In this document: positions 26,461-39,307 of the stretch, one piece after another | Position numbering within the stretch: the stretch's first letter is position 1 | How the letters are laid out: every line of letters begins with the position of its first letter | Assembly (NCBI GenBank): GCA_038087875.1 | Contig: JAXLNO010000260.1 | Location: 124,001 to 188,000 of the forward strand | Reading direction: 5' to 3' | DNA: 64,000 nucleotides | Source of the DNA: Malacoraja senta | Taxonomy: Eukaryota | Made by a program: the position numbers and the translations under genes | The notes under the pieces: model-generated | Seen by the model: the letters and a program-made list of their open reading frames with translations, nothing else | What the model was told of the DNA's origin: nothing | Database searches by the model: none

Positions 26461-28576
26461 CTAGACTAAGTGGGACCCACAGGGGAGGGCTGATCCCCAA
26501 TGCAATAATCCACCTCTCCACCAATTCCAATATTGGTGGCCAGTGGGGGGGGGGGGACTTTCTGTAGTGCTAGTATGTGTGTTGTGCGCTGAAGGGACTG
26601 GTTTCCAGGGGGCTAGTATGGACATTGTAGGCCTGATGGATTCTTGGGCTGGCAGCTCAGTCACTCTAGCCTGTTATGCTGGCAGCTCACTCACTCATGG
26701 CTGGTGGGCTCACAGTTGACTCACAGCTATTGCTTGAAAGGGCACCAGATTCAAGTGCAGTTTCATACCATTTCAAGCAGGGTGCAAGGCCACTAAAGCC
26801 AGCAAGTCATGACCTCTCCCTCGTCCATCTTGCAGAGACTGAGCCATGCCCACACTTCCGGGTTTTATAGTCCCTGCCCCCTCCCACCAGAAGGGGCCTG
26901 GCCTTCAAGGTGTAATTGACAAGAGAGAGAATCTCAAAATTTTTTAAACCCTAATAACTCTTTTATTTTTCATCGATGGGAAAAATCCTCGGCACCTGAT
27001 GAGCAGAGGGGGACTGTGTAAGATGGCCAACAATCACAGCCATGCGTGGTAGCATTTTTTCTAAAATCAATATAAAGCGCAAACAGGAAGTGGTCAAGAT
27101 TAGACTTTTAATTATATAGAGGGCAAGGCAGCTCTAATTAGGCAAGGCAGCTCTATTTAGGCAAGGCAGCTCTAATTAGGCAAGGCAGCTCTAATTAGGC
27201 AAGGCAGCTCGCTTTAGCGCTTTCAAAACCAAAGGCAAGGCAGCTCGCTTTAGCACGTTCAATACCAAAGGCAAGGCAGCTCGCTTTAGCACTTTCAAAA
27301 CCAAAGGCAACACAGCTTTAGCACTATCAAACCAAAATACACTTTTGCATTGTCAAACTAAATTTTTAAACCACATTAAAGGCATTGATAGGTCAGACAG
27401 AGAATTGCAACCTCTCCCTCTCCCATCTTGCAGAGACTGAGCCATGCCCACACTTCTGGGTTTATAGTCCCTCCCCCTCCCACCAGAAGGGGCGTGGCCT
27501 TCATGATGAGATTGACAGGAAAGAGAATCTCAACATGTTTTAAACACTAATAATTATTTTATTTTTCATCAATGGGAAAAATCCTCGGCACCTGATGAGC
27601 GTAGGGGGACTCTGTGTAAGATGGCCCAAAAATCACATCCGTACGTGGTAGCGTTGTTTCTAAAATTAATATGAGACACAAACAAGAAGTGGTCAAGATT
27701 AGACTTTTAATTATATAGAAGGCAAGTCAGCTCGAATTAGGCAAGTCAGCTCTAATAAGGCAAGTCACCTCTAATTAGGCAAGTCAGATCTAATTAGGCG
27801 CTCTAATTAGGCAAGGCAGCTCGCTTTAGCACTCAAAACCAAAGGCAAGGCAGCTCACTTTAGCACTTTCAAAACCAAAGGCAACTCAGCTTGATTTAGC
27901 ACTTTCAAAACCAAAGGCAACGCAGCTTGCTTTAACACGTTCAAAACCAAATGCAACGCAGCTTGCTTTAGCACTTTCAAAACCAAAGGCAACGTAGCTT
28001 GCTTTAGCACTTTAAAAACCAAAGGCAATGCAGCTTGCTTTAGCACTTTCAAAACCAAAGGCAACGCAGCTTGCTTTAGCACTTTCAAAACCAAAGGCAA
28101 CGCAGCTTGCTTTAGCACTTTCAAAACCAAAGACAACACAGCTTGCTTTAGCACTTTCAAAACCAAAGGCAATACAGCTTTAGCACTTTCAAACCAAAAC
28201 ACACTTTTGCATTTTCAAACTACATTTTCAAACCACATTAAGGGCACTGACAGATCAGTAAAACCACTCACAGTTTAGTAGACATTTGTTCAGTGTTATT
28301 CACAGCTCAGACTGAGAGTTGCGACCTCTCGCTCCCCCATCTTGCAGAGAACTGAGGCACCTCCACACTTCTGGGTTTTATAGTCCCTCCGAAAGGGGTG
28401 TGGCCTTCAGTAGAGAGAATCTCAACATTTTTCAAACACTAATAACTCTCTTATTGTTCATCGATGGGAAAAATCCTCTTGTCCTCCGCAGCGGAGGGGG
28501 ACTCTGAATAAGATGGGCTAAAATCAATATACAGTACAACAGGGGGTGGTCAAGATCAGACTTTTAGTAATATAGA
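26461..28576 (-). mobile_element. Non-autonomous Helitron with both termini and three stacked 5' ends
   Basis: Minus strand: A|TCTATATTACTAAAAG at 28576 ... CCCACTTAGTCTAG|T at 26461; internal TCTATATAATTAAAAG at 27719 and 27120; no TSD. Confidence 0.9.
27120..28195. repeat. Two blocks of 19-bp and 36-bp minisatellites inside a Helitron (27120-27330, 27720-28195)
   Basis: Units aggcaaggcagctctaatt and ggcaacgcagcttgctttagcactttcaaaaccaaa. Confidence 0.92.
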
Positions 28577-29810
28577 TTACTAAAACTCTCATATTGACCA
28601 CTTCCGGTCTAGGTTTAAAAAAAAAATTGTGCAAAAATGGTACCCTATATCACTAGTATTTTTTTGCCACCTTACTCCCCGCTCTCCTCTGCTCCAAGCA
28701 CACCGTTTTGCTCCATTCGGTGGAAGATTACAAAAGTTATGTAGGTTAAAACAATCGTGAGATCAGCAGATTGGTCTTCTTGCCTGTCAGTCACCATGAA
28801 GGTAATGCCCCTTCCGGCACCCGCTGGAGAATAAAGCCCCGGAGACGGAGCTGAGTCCGTCCAGAACCCGCCCGTCCAGAAGCCGCCGAGAATAAAGCTG
28901 AAGCAGCGGAGTGTGGGCTGTGTTCCGTGGGCGGGGGCTGTGAGCGCGACAGGCGCTGGGGCGGGAGCAGGTGAGTGAGTCTGGAGCCAGGTCCTGTTGC
29001 CAGGATTGCGGCCGGATCCGGGGCCAGGAACCGGTGAGCCCACACCCCCCCTCCCATACCACGCCTCCCCTATACCCCACTCCTCACCTACACCCCGCCC
29101 CTCCACTACACCTCACCCTCCCCTACACCTATCCATTCCCTACACCCCCTCCCCCCATGCCCCCGACAGGCCCCAGCTGAAGCCGTCCACCTACCCTGGC
29201 TGCAGGACGCTTTCCGCCTGAAGCCGTCCCCATCCCCCGGCTGCAGAACCATATAACCATATAACCATATAACCATAACAGCATGGAAACAGGCCATCTC
29301 GGCCCTTCAAGTCCGTGCCGAACATTAAAAATTTTTTTTTATTTTTTTTATTTATTTTTTATTAAAAATAAATACTTCCCCCTAGTCCCATCTACGTGCA
29401 CTCAGACCATAACCCTCCATTCCTTTCCCGTCCATATACCCATCCAATCTATTTTTAAAGGATAACATCGAACCTGCCTCCACCACTTCCACTGGAAGCT
29501 CATTCCACACAGCTACCACTCTCTGAGTAAAGAAGTTCCCCCTAATGTTCCCCCTAAACTTCTGTCCCTTAATTCTCAAGTCATGTCCCCTTGTTTGAAT
29601 CTTCCCTACTCTCAATGGGAAAAGCTTATCCACGTCCACTCTGTCTAACCCGCTCATAATTTTAAAGACCTCTATCAAGTCCCCTCTTAACCTTCTGCGC
29701 TCCAAAGAATAAAGACCTAACTTGTTCAACCTTTCAACGCTCCCGCTGTTGCGTTAGGGGAACAGGTGAGTGGTGGGATATTACATCGGGGAATGGGTTG
29801 TGTTGGGGGA
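28577..29810 (+). mobile_element. Divergent sister Helitron, interrupted by CR1; 3' terminus not seen
   Basis: Starts ttactaaaactctcatattgaccacttcc like the family 5' end; resumes after the CR1 with sequence similar to 17020-17050. Confidence 0.6.
29248..29735 (-). mobile_element. CR1 3' fragment
   Basis: ORF 29382-29729 LERRRLRGDLIEVFKI..FFTQRVVAVWNELP; tail (accatata)n on +. Confidence 0.9.
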
Positions 29811-30924
29811 CGTGTGTGTGTTTGTGTGTCTGTGTGTCTGTGTGTCTGCGTGTGTCCCCCCCCCCCCAACCAGGAGCATTATTTTTTTAAATAACCTGCT
29901 TAAAATTAACTGGATCAGAGAAAGAAGAAATAGCAAGCAGTAGAAAACTGACAAGCACACATATTATTGACCATTTGACTTGCAGAGCAAGTTTTTTAGG
30001 AGGATTTCTATGAGCTAGCAAGAGCAGCAGTGCATAATCCCTCGAGCTCCGATACCCTCTGTGATGTATTGTATATTCCTTAGCACTGCAGATCATCATG
30101 GGATCATAGTTCTGTATGCAGGGAAATATGAATCCACGGTGTAAATCATGCTGTTGAACTACATATGTCCTGTGCGGTTATATAAGCTATCAATCGAGCC
30201 ACAGCAATAAAGCTGATCTTATTAGGCAGGATTCCTCTTGTCTCCAGCTGATGCTAAGACTCCGTGCCAACATGAGATTCTTCCTTAAATGGATTTTCAT
30301 CCCTGCCTTCCTAAATCCAGAATTTTGGTGCGTTTGTGCAAGATACTTACCATGTCATTACATGAGAGGCTTTCTTATATATTTTTTAATGTTGTTTATA
30401 TTATTTACAAACATAACAGCAGCTGCTTTATTACACCCAGTAATACATTGAGATATTTAATTGTGTGGATGCATTATCACCTAGAAATGAGATTGCGTAG
30501 TGATTTTTGTTCTATTGCTATGCAACTGAACATTGATTTTACTTGAAGTATATCATGTTTGAAATCATTTCTGAATCACATCACAACATTTTAAAAAAAT
30601 TGATGAGTGTCTGCCACACTTATGACTCTGAAAGGATTTACATGCCTGGAGCATGCAATGTTACAGTCTTTTTGCAATCTTACAGAGGAATTTTCATTTT
30701 ATTATTCTGGACACCCATTATTGGGCATTTGCAGGGCAATGTAGTCTTACTACACGCTACCTATCTGGGAGTAAGGTAGGTGACATATTTACCTATATCA
30801 TTGGCCATCCTACACCTCATCCTCACCCCCAACATTCCTTGCCTCCTTTTCCCCTGACCCACATTTTGTTGAAGTGAAGCACACGACAAACTCTCTGAGA
30901 TCCCATCACCCCTGCAATCAGGGC

Positions 30925-31074
30925 ATCACAGTGATGCACCCAATAGAGTTGCTGGCTCGTGGCATTGGAGACTTGGGTTCAATCCTTTCTTCGGGTGCTC
31001 AGGTTTTGCCCCCCCACATCCCAAAGACGAGTTGGTCGGTAGGTTAATTGGCCACTGTAAATTGTTGTGTAGGT
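30925..31074 (+). mobile_element. Degenerate HE1-like SINE, the target of the L1 insertion
   Basis: gggttcaatcc B-box; ccacatcccaaagac..gtaggttaattggc central domain. Confidence 0.65.
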
Positions 31075-31088
31075 AAAAGATATAATTT

Positions 31089-34000
31089 ATGGTACATAAA
31101 ACTTATTCACGTATCGACTATTTTTTAGTGGATACAAAACTAATTCCCTATATATTGAATCCAAAATATCACAATAATATAATTTCTGATCACTACCCGT
31201 TAACTTTTTTTTTTTAATTTGAAGGAATGCCTTCTAATAAATCGTTTTGGAGGTTTAATCCTCAAATCTTAAATGACCCACAAGGGGAAATATATTTAAA
31301 ACAACAGATGGAACTTTTTAAAAAGAATAATGACACCCCAGAGACCTCACCAATTCTACTATGTGAATCATTCAAAGCAGTTATTAGAGGATCTATAATC
31401 TCCTACCAAGCTTTTTTAAATAAAAGGAATAAGAAAGAACAAAGGCAGTTAGAAGAACGAATTAGAGAATTGGAATTAGATAATGCTAAAGAGCCAACTA
31501 TAGACAAACATAATAAAATAACAATAATGAAATTTAAATTAAACAAAATATTATCAGCAAATGTTATTAGATTATTTCAAATTACAAAACAGGAAAATTT
31601 TGAATTTGGGGATAAACCACACAAACATCTGGCTCGACAACTGAAAAAACGGGAAAAGGATCATACGATTTTAAAGATTAAATCAGATAAAGGAGAATTG
31701 TTAACACTACCTAAGGATATTAATAAAAGATTTGCTCAATTTTATCAAAACTTATATACATCTAAAGCGGTAGCAGATAGTACCAAAGTTAGAGAGTTTC
31801 TGGATAATTGTAATCTCCCAAAACTCAATTTGAGTGAACAAGAGGAAAAGGTGCACAAGTCTCAACTAAGGAAATAAAAGAAACAATAAATACATTAAAG
31901 AATGGAAAAACACCAGGACCAGATGGTTTTAGTAATGAATTTTATAAAAGATTTTACGAGATAATTACACCATGACTACACAAAATGTATACATATGCTT
32001 TTAAAGAACATACACTTCCAGAAACATTAGCGGAATCAACGATTACACTTATACCTAAAAAAGGTAAAGATTTAGAAGATCCGGGTTCTTATAGAGCTAT
32101 TGCGCTGTTAAATACAGATCAAAAAATATTAGCGAAAACATTAGTTAGAAGATTAAGTAACTATGTTAGTAAATTAATAAATCCGGATCAAACAGGGTTT
32201 ATACCCAAGAGATCCTCAAGCAATAACCTGAGACGTCTGTTTAATATAATGCACTCACATAAAACCGAAGAACAAGACTTATCAATTATTTCACTGGACG
32301 CAGAAAAAGCATTTGATCAAGTGGAATGGAATTATATGGTTAGAGTACTGCAAACATTTCAAGTGGGAGAGAATTTTATCGCTTGGGTAAAATTATTATA
32401 TGATAGGCCTACTGCCAGAATATTAACTAATAATATTTTGTCCTCGAAATTTCAGTTATCAAGGGGAAATAGACAGGGTTGTTCATTATCACCTCTGCTA
32501 TTTGCTCTTGTAATAGAACCGTTAGCGGAAAGTATTAGGATACATCCGAACATTCATGGGTACAATACAAAACACTCAAATAATAAGATATCTTTATATG
32601 CAGATGATGTACTACTATATATCACAAAATCACAAATTAGTATACCAAATATATTAAATTTAATAGAGGAATTTGGATCCTTTTCAGGATATAGAATAAA
32701 TTGGAATAAAAGTGAAATTATGACGATTAAACCTCAAGAACCGACACACCTGTTAAAATTCCCTTTTAAAATCGCTTCAGAAAAATTTAAATATTTGGGA
32801 ATTGAAATTACTAGAAAATATAAATCTCTATTTAATGCAAACTATATGTCCTTACTCAATAAACTAAACACACTGATTAAATTCTGGAAAACCCTCCCGA
32901 TGTCTCATATAGGCTGAATAAATGCTATAAAAATGATCTTTTTACCACAAATTTTATATCTATTCCAGTCAATATCGATATACTTACCAAATTTTTTTTT
33001 TAATTGGATGCTGATATTACAAACTTTATATGGGACTATAAATTTCACAGAATCCAAAGAAAACATTTGTGTAAACCTAAAGAATTTGGTGGATTATCAC
33101 TCCCCAATTTTTTATATTATTATTGGGCCACAAATGTCAAAAATATGATTCACCTGTTGGACAATTCGGCCCAGCAGGTGGCGTGGATAGTAATGGAGAG
33201 AGAGGACTGTTCCCCTTTTAAAATAGGAGCGATCCTTCTCTCACCAACAAAAATGAAGAATACAATATATAGTAAAAATCCAATTATTCATAGTACAATT
33301 AGAATTTGGAAACAAATAAAATTACCGTTAAAATTAAGAAATCTATCACTTCTCTCACCTATAATGAATAACCCTTCGCTTAAACCTTCTATGATAGATA
33401 GAGCTTTTATGAATTGGGAAAGAGTAGGAATTAAAACGTTTGGAGATATGTATGATAATGGAAGTTTTTTTTAACATTTCACCAACTACAACTTAAATAC
33501 AACCTGAATAGTAATCAATATTTCAAATATTTTCAAATACGTGACTATTTGAAAGAGTATACACGAGAAGATCAAAATATGTCTCCTGACCTATTAGATG
33601 GGATAATGAATATAAAAGCAGAATCAGCTAATTTAATATCATACCTATACAATTCCATTTTAAACATAGAAATTCCATCATCGGATGGGATTAGAAGAGA
33701 ATGGGAACAGGAACTAGCTATAAAAATCTCGAAAGAGTTGGGATAAACACCTATTATGTGTGCATAAATGCTCGATTAACGTAAGACATACTCTGATTCA
33801 ATTTAAAATTTTACATAGATTATACTATTCAAAAGCCAAATTAAGTAAATTTTACCCAAATACCTCTGCTATCTGTGATAAATGCCTAATCCAAGAATCA
33901 ACTATAGCACATTCTTTTGTTTTTTGTATAAAAATTCAAAAATTTTGGAATGACATTTTTGAAATTTTCACTAAATTATTTGAAACTGAAACCGAATGCA

Positions 34001-34612
34001 GAATTGATTATTTTTGGAACAATAGAAGCAGGTTTGGAGCTGACTTCGTTTCAAAGGAGTTTTCTTAATTATGGCTTAATAACGGCAAAAAAACTGATAC
34101 TGAAATTTTGGAAAAATGCCCCTACGCCAACAATAAAAATGTGGACTTCTAATATGTCGGAATTGTTACACCTAGAAGATATGAGATTCCTCCTAGCAGG
34201 TAAACAAGACCAATTCCAAAAGATTTGGTCTCCATATATCGACTTATTACAAACATAGGGTGCAACAAAATGTTGATAATAAATGGTTTTAGGACCTGGC
34301 GAGGGGTGAGTAAAGATAAGAAGTAGGTACAATTCTCTCATAATGTCCAATCTTACTTTCTTTTTTCTGTTTTTCTTTTTCCGCCTTTTGGTTATTTTCT
34401 TTTCTTTTTTAACTATTTCTTGTGGTTTAGGTTCATACGGGTGTTCCTGGACCACTCTTTCATTCACTCACTGACTATCTTTACTAACTCTTTCTATCCT
34501 TTTTTCCTATTAAAGTTTAAAATAAGAAGTGGTATAAGAACTGTATAAACTTACGTTATTGCAGATTACTGTAATGTAAAATACTTTTAATAAAAAAACT
34601 TTAAAAAAACAA
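31089..34612 (+). mobile_element. L1-clade LINE, 5'-truncated in the endonuclease domain, ORF2 broken by frameshifts
   Basis: YSRIDYFL/ISDH (EN end), PGPDGF, LDAEKAFD, GNRQGCSLSPLLF, LYADD, C-terminal CDKC..H..C; A-rich tail; TSD aaaagatataattt (31075-31088) / aaaacatataattt (34613-34626). Confidence 0.95.
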
Positions 34613-34786
34613 AAAACATATAATTTGATGGGAATTGATAATGTTAATCAAATAAGCTGAGGGGCCATTGCCATGCCTAAAGTAGGGTGACCTTCCTCCA
34701 CCACACTAAAGTTATCCAAATCAGCTGTTAACTTTTTTTTACTCCTTTCTTTACTAATCTTGTTTCGCTTTGAGCCTTCAATCATA

Positions 34787-34794
<8 letters not shown>

Positions 34795-34819
<25 letters not shown>

Positions 34820-35722
34820 GATTTTATTTTAAGGGCGCCTAATACCGAGGTCTCTAGGACACCTTACAATTTAAGAAACATATAAACATATAATCAGTAA
34901 AATAAGTCATAAAGACACCACCAATACATAAATTAAAAATAGAAACTTGATCCAAAAAAGACAACAAAATTCAGAAAACACAACATGAAGGGAGAGCAGC
35001 GGCAGCCAAACCGCGCCAGCGTACACTCTCCCTTCCGACCGCCATGTTGGACATAGACTAACGCAGACTAACACAGACACTTAACACTACACACAAAATC
35101 ATCCCCCCACAATGGTTACCACTGTGGGGGAAGGCACAATGTCCAGTCCCCAACCCAGTTCTCCCCAGAGTCAGGCCCATCGAGGCCGCCATAGTAGCCT
35201 CTACGGAGGCCCGATGTTCCTGGCCGTCGGGAGAGTCCTCGCAGCGGCTGGAACGGCTGGTTTCCCAGCGGAGTCCATGGCACCTGAAGCCGACAGGGCC
35301 GCGCCGAGTTGGAGCCACGATGCTCCCGATGTAAAAGTTGGTGCCGCCACCCGCAGCTGGTCGCACCGCAGCCCCGCAGCCCGGAGGTGTTGATCTCGGC
35401 GGTCACCGCATACCGGAGCTCCAGCGCGTCGACCCAGCGCGGTGACCCAGGCAAGGCATCGCCCGCTACGCTCCACGATAGCGCTCCAGCGCTGTGCCGC
35501 CGACCGAAGCTGAAGGTGCTGGGCGGTCCCCGTCAGGAAACGGCGCTCCATGCCCGCTGGTAGGCCACGAGGACGGGTCGACGAGGCAGCCCGGAGAAAA
35601 AGCTGCCTTACCCCCATTCACCCCATTCTGGACACACTAAACACACTAAAAACTATTAAAAAAAGGTGAATTAAACGGACGGCTGCTGGTTAGCAGCCGT
35701 TCCTCAACATGGCTCCTCCTCC
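34795..35722 (-). mobile_element. Non-coding retroposon, copy B, with an L2-type 3' tail
   Basis: Same architecture as copies A and C, hairpin 35101-35136; tail tgtaaggtgtcc..ggcgcc..aataaaatc(tat)n. Confidence 0.7.
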
Positions 35723-35763
35723 TGTGTCTATAGCTCTATGACACCGTGTCATAGAGCTATAGA

Positions 35764-36075
35764 GAGTCATAGAGTTATACACCATGGAAACAGGCCTCTC
35801 AGCTTAACTCATCCTTCCCGATCAAGAGATGCATCTAATCTAGTCCCATTTCCCTGCATTTGGCCCATATCCCTCTAAACTTTTCCTATCCATGTACCTG
35901 TCCAAGTGGATTTTACATGTTGTTATTATACCTCCCTCTACTATCTCCTCTGGCTTCTTGTTCCATATACCCAATATCCTCTGAGTGAAAATGTTCCCCT
36001 TTAGGTTCATATTAATTATTTTCCCTCTCACCTTAAACCTATGTCCCCTGGTCCTTGATTCACCTATCCTGGGTA
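35764..36075 (-). mobile_element. CR1 3' fragment
   Basis: ORF 35840-36031 GNIFTQRILGIWN..LDRYMD; tail (gagtcata) on +. Confidence 0.85.
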
Positions 36076-36949
36076 ACGTCTCAAATTACAGAGGTATGCA
36101 GGCAAAGCAGTCTGCTGATGCTAGAATCTAGAACCAGTAAAGAGTCTGAGTTCTTCCACTGTTTTGTTCTGTTTTTGCTTCAAATTGCATAGGTTTGTCC
36201 TGAACTCTTTGTTGGAGTTATTGGCGACCATTTTATGTTCATGCAGCACTTTGATTTGAATTCGCAAACATGTGAATATCTTCTCTGGACTCACCCCCAT
36301 AACCACTTTCAAAGATACAGTTAGCATATTGTGTGCAATATGTGCAATGTTATATTGTCCATTTTAGAATGAACATTAAAGGCATAAAGAATATAAAGCA
36401 TTGGTTCTCCAGGATGACAGGAGAAATTACAAACATTGCTCATAAATTGAGAATAAAGCTATTACCACTGAAACAGAGAAGGCTTTGAGGAGATTTTATA
36501 AAAGATTTTAAAATTGCCAAGAGATTGGATTGAGTAAATAATAAATAACTATTTTCTCTGACTGGGGAATTTGTGATAATAGGTCAACAATTCAAAATGG
36601 CTGTTAAGAGAATAAGGGTAGGAGTTAAAGAACATTACTTGATGACAGGCATTGTTAGAACAAATAATCCTTTACCAGAGGGAGTAATTGAAAGGAGATT
36701 GTTACATCTTTCAAGGAATAGGTGAGTGAATGTTGGAAGGAGATAAAGATTTTATGAAGAGATCAAGGCAACACCTTTGAATGTTTTAGCAGAGGACAAA
36801 TGGCTCCATCTGAACTACAGGTGTTTATGGCTCAACTAATGCAAATCTAATGTATATTTTGTAATCATAATTTTCCAATAGACCAATAGACTAAGTGGAG
36901 TAGAAGTTGGACTTCACTGCTTCCATGTAATCATTGGAGCTAGTAGAGC

Positions 36950-37523
36950 TGTAGATATGCAGGGATTTGGGTACTTTGGACATGGCAGGTGTTTGTGAAA
37001 GACTGGGCTTCACTGAGAGTGATAATACATTGCAAGGTGCTGGAAACCCGTGTGACCAAGCTGTCGCCAGTAAGTCTGGACCTCTGAAGAAGCCCCAGGA
37101 AGTTTCTGCCCATGTGACCCACCTGTCGCCACCAAGTCTGGGTTCCTAAAGTGGTTTCTGTTATGTTTCAATACACTGACGCTTGTTCCATGTTGGTGAT
37201 TGGTCTAGAGGGGTTACCTCTTTGTTTCTGTGCACTAAATAGGCATTGTGATTGGTTTGTAGGGGCTGCCTTCCCCTGTACTTTTGCGCTGTTAGTTTTC
37301 TCGCCACTGTATAGGGGTAAAAAAGGGTGGGTAATTTGTTAGGGTGTGTTGGTTGTCTTTTCTTCTGTTATGTTTACACAAGGCTGCTGAGGGCTCGAGT
37401 GAGTGGATCCTCGGCCGGCCTCGTGGTGCTAAATACAAATAAAGAAGGGTTTGGTCTCCAGTGTTCAACTTAGTAGTTTTGCTGAACCAGATTAGGGAGA
37501 GAGTATTAGATCCGGAATCAACA
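36950..37523 (+). mobile_element. Solo LTR (574 bp), probably Gypsy-type
   Basis: TGT...ACA ends, 4-bp TSD GAGC (36946-36949 / 37524-37527), AATAAA at 37438. Confidence 0.75.
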
Positions 37524-38036
37524 GAGCTACTATAGTTTCAGTCACCTCCAGTGCTGTCTGAGTGGAATCTGCTGGATGCTCCAGTTTCTTACCCCATCCC
37601 AGAGCCACGGGAGTTGGGAAGTTGACAGGTCACTGGAACTTGTCCCTCGTCTGTAGATGAATGGTAGTATCTGGGGGGAGTACAGAAATATGGGGAGAAA
37701 AAAAATGATTAGTGAAGGATCAGTGTCGGTAGGTGCATGATGTTAGTGCAGTCTCAAGGGATAAAGTACCTGTAGCAATGCTGTATGACTCCATGGCTGT
37801 TCAACAGATAGTTAGGTATGGGTATCCTGTCAATAACTTATCCAGACCTGCCTTGAAACTGGGGTGGACCATTTTTCACATAACTTGTGCAACTGCTTAA
37901 AACAAGGTAATGTCTGTTTAGATCCACCAAGAGGAATTGGGTTGATCCATTCAGATTTGTCAACCCTGAAAAGGACCAAGCAAGCCATTGCGACAAAAAC
38001 AGATATTAAGAAAAAGATTGGCATTAAAAAAAAGAT

Positions 38037-38315
38037 GGGTGGCACGGTGGTGCAATGGTAGATTTGCTGCCTTAAGGCACCAGAGACCCAGTTTCGATCC
38101 TGACTGTGGGTGCTGACTGTACAGAGTTTGCACGTTCTCCCTGTGACTGGATGAATTTTCTCTTTTTGCGCCTGTTTCCTGCTACACTCCAAAAATGTGC
38201 AGGTATGTAGGTTAATTGGCTTTGGGAAAATTGTAAATTGTCATTAGTGTGTAGGATAGTGCTAGTGACAGGGTGATCGCTGGTCCATGCGGACCCGGTG
38301 GGGGGGATGGGTCGG
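38037..38315 (+). mobile_element. HE1-like tRNA-derived V-SINE
   Basis: A-box tggtgcaatgg, B-box gtttcgatcc, central gagtttgcacgttctccc domain. Confidence 0.85.
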
Positions 38316-38648
38316 TTCAAAAGTTTAAAAAAATCAACGTAGAGCAAAACTGTTTTCTCCTGCTTCCACAACCCCGCTAAGGATACATTATCCACTCACA
38401 ATCTTCCCCTGACCCCTGCATATGGGTTCCAGCTTACCAGTTGCCCTCCTAATAAGACGGCCAGCTTGTGAAGATAAATATGCCAAAATATAGTTAATAC
38501 ACCTTAAGAACCATTTTGGAATTCATGGTAGGAAAACCAAATCCATGCAAACAAGGGTGTGGAGGAAGTTCCAACCCCTGTCTGAATGCTCAGTCAAGCC
38601 AAAGCCCTGTATCTCACGAGAACATCTTTGAAGATAGAAACAGAGGTA

Positions 38649-39226
38649 TGGGCCTGATCGACTTAGGCGATTTTTACGGCGACTACCAGCGACTGTCATA
38701 GTCGTAGCAGGTCGCCGAAAAAATGACGACTGGACCCCACGACGACAATGTCTAAAACAATGTCTACAACCTAGTCGACGTCAAGCCAAGGCAAGCTACC
38801 AACAACCACGACCCATTAGGACGTCCACCTACGACAACCTACAACCACCCGTGACAAGCTATGAAAAGGTAAAACAATTCAGTCGCCGGTACCTGTCGCT
38901 GGTTGACTTAGGTCCACATAGGTAGTCGCCAATGGAATTCACCATTCTCAGCACTGGCTAGAACCAACGTCATCCTGGCGACAACCTTTGACGGCACCTA
39001 CGTCAGGAGAAGTCAAGCTACGCTCATTGAAGTCAAGCCAACTGTCACCGACAGTCGCCGAAAGGTTTTGAACATTTCAAAATCCAGCGGCGACCAGAAA
39101 AACGCTATGATTCTTTGGGCAACAGAGGAGACTACTCATGACCAAACAGGCTACACCCCGGCGACCATATGGCGACAGCCTAGTCGCCTGTAGTTGCCTA
39201 AAAAAATCGCCTGTGGGATAGGGGCA
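38649..39226. mobile_element. PIF/Harbinger-type MITE (degenerate TIRs)
   Basis: Left gggcctgatcgacttaggcgattttt versus right aaaaatcgcctgtgggatagggg; TIR resembles 63114-63872. Confidence 0.7.
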
Positions 39227-39307
39227 TTAAAGTTTGGTTCTGCTGAACTTCATAAAAATTGATTTGTTTCTGTTCTGCTAAAGAAACTCATAACTTGCCA
39301 TTCTGAC

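Noticed and set aside
27720..28195. CRISPR-like array of 36-bp repeats
   Set aside because: Units are head-to-tail with no unique spacers, lie inside a Helitron, and no cas genes are present in this vertebrate-type DNA
31089..34612. Active L1 or domesticated RT gene
   Set aside because: 5'-truncated, with several frameshifts and stops splitting ORF2 into at least six pieces
38037..38110. tRNA gene
   Set aside because: A/B boxes belong to a SINE head; no complete cloverleaf, and the sequence continues into the SINE central domain
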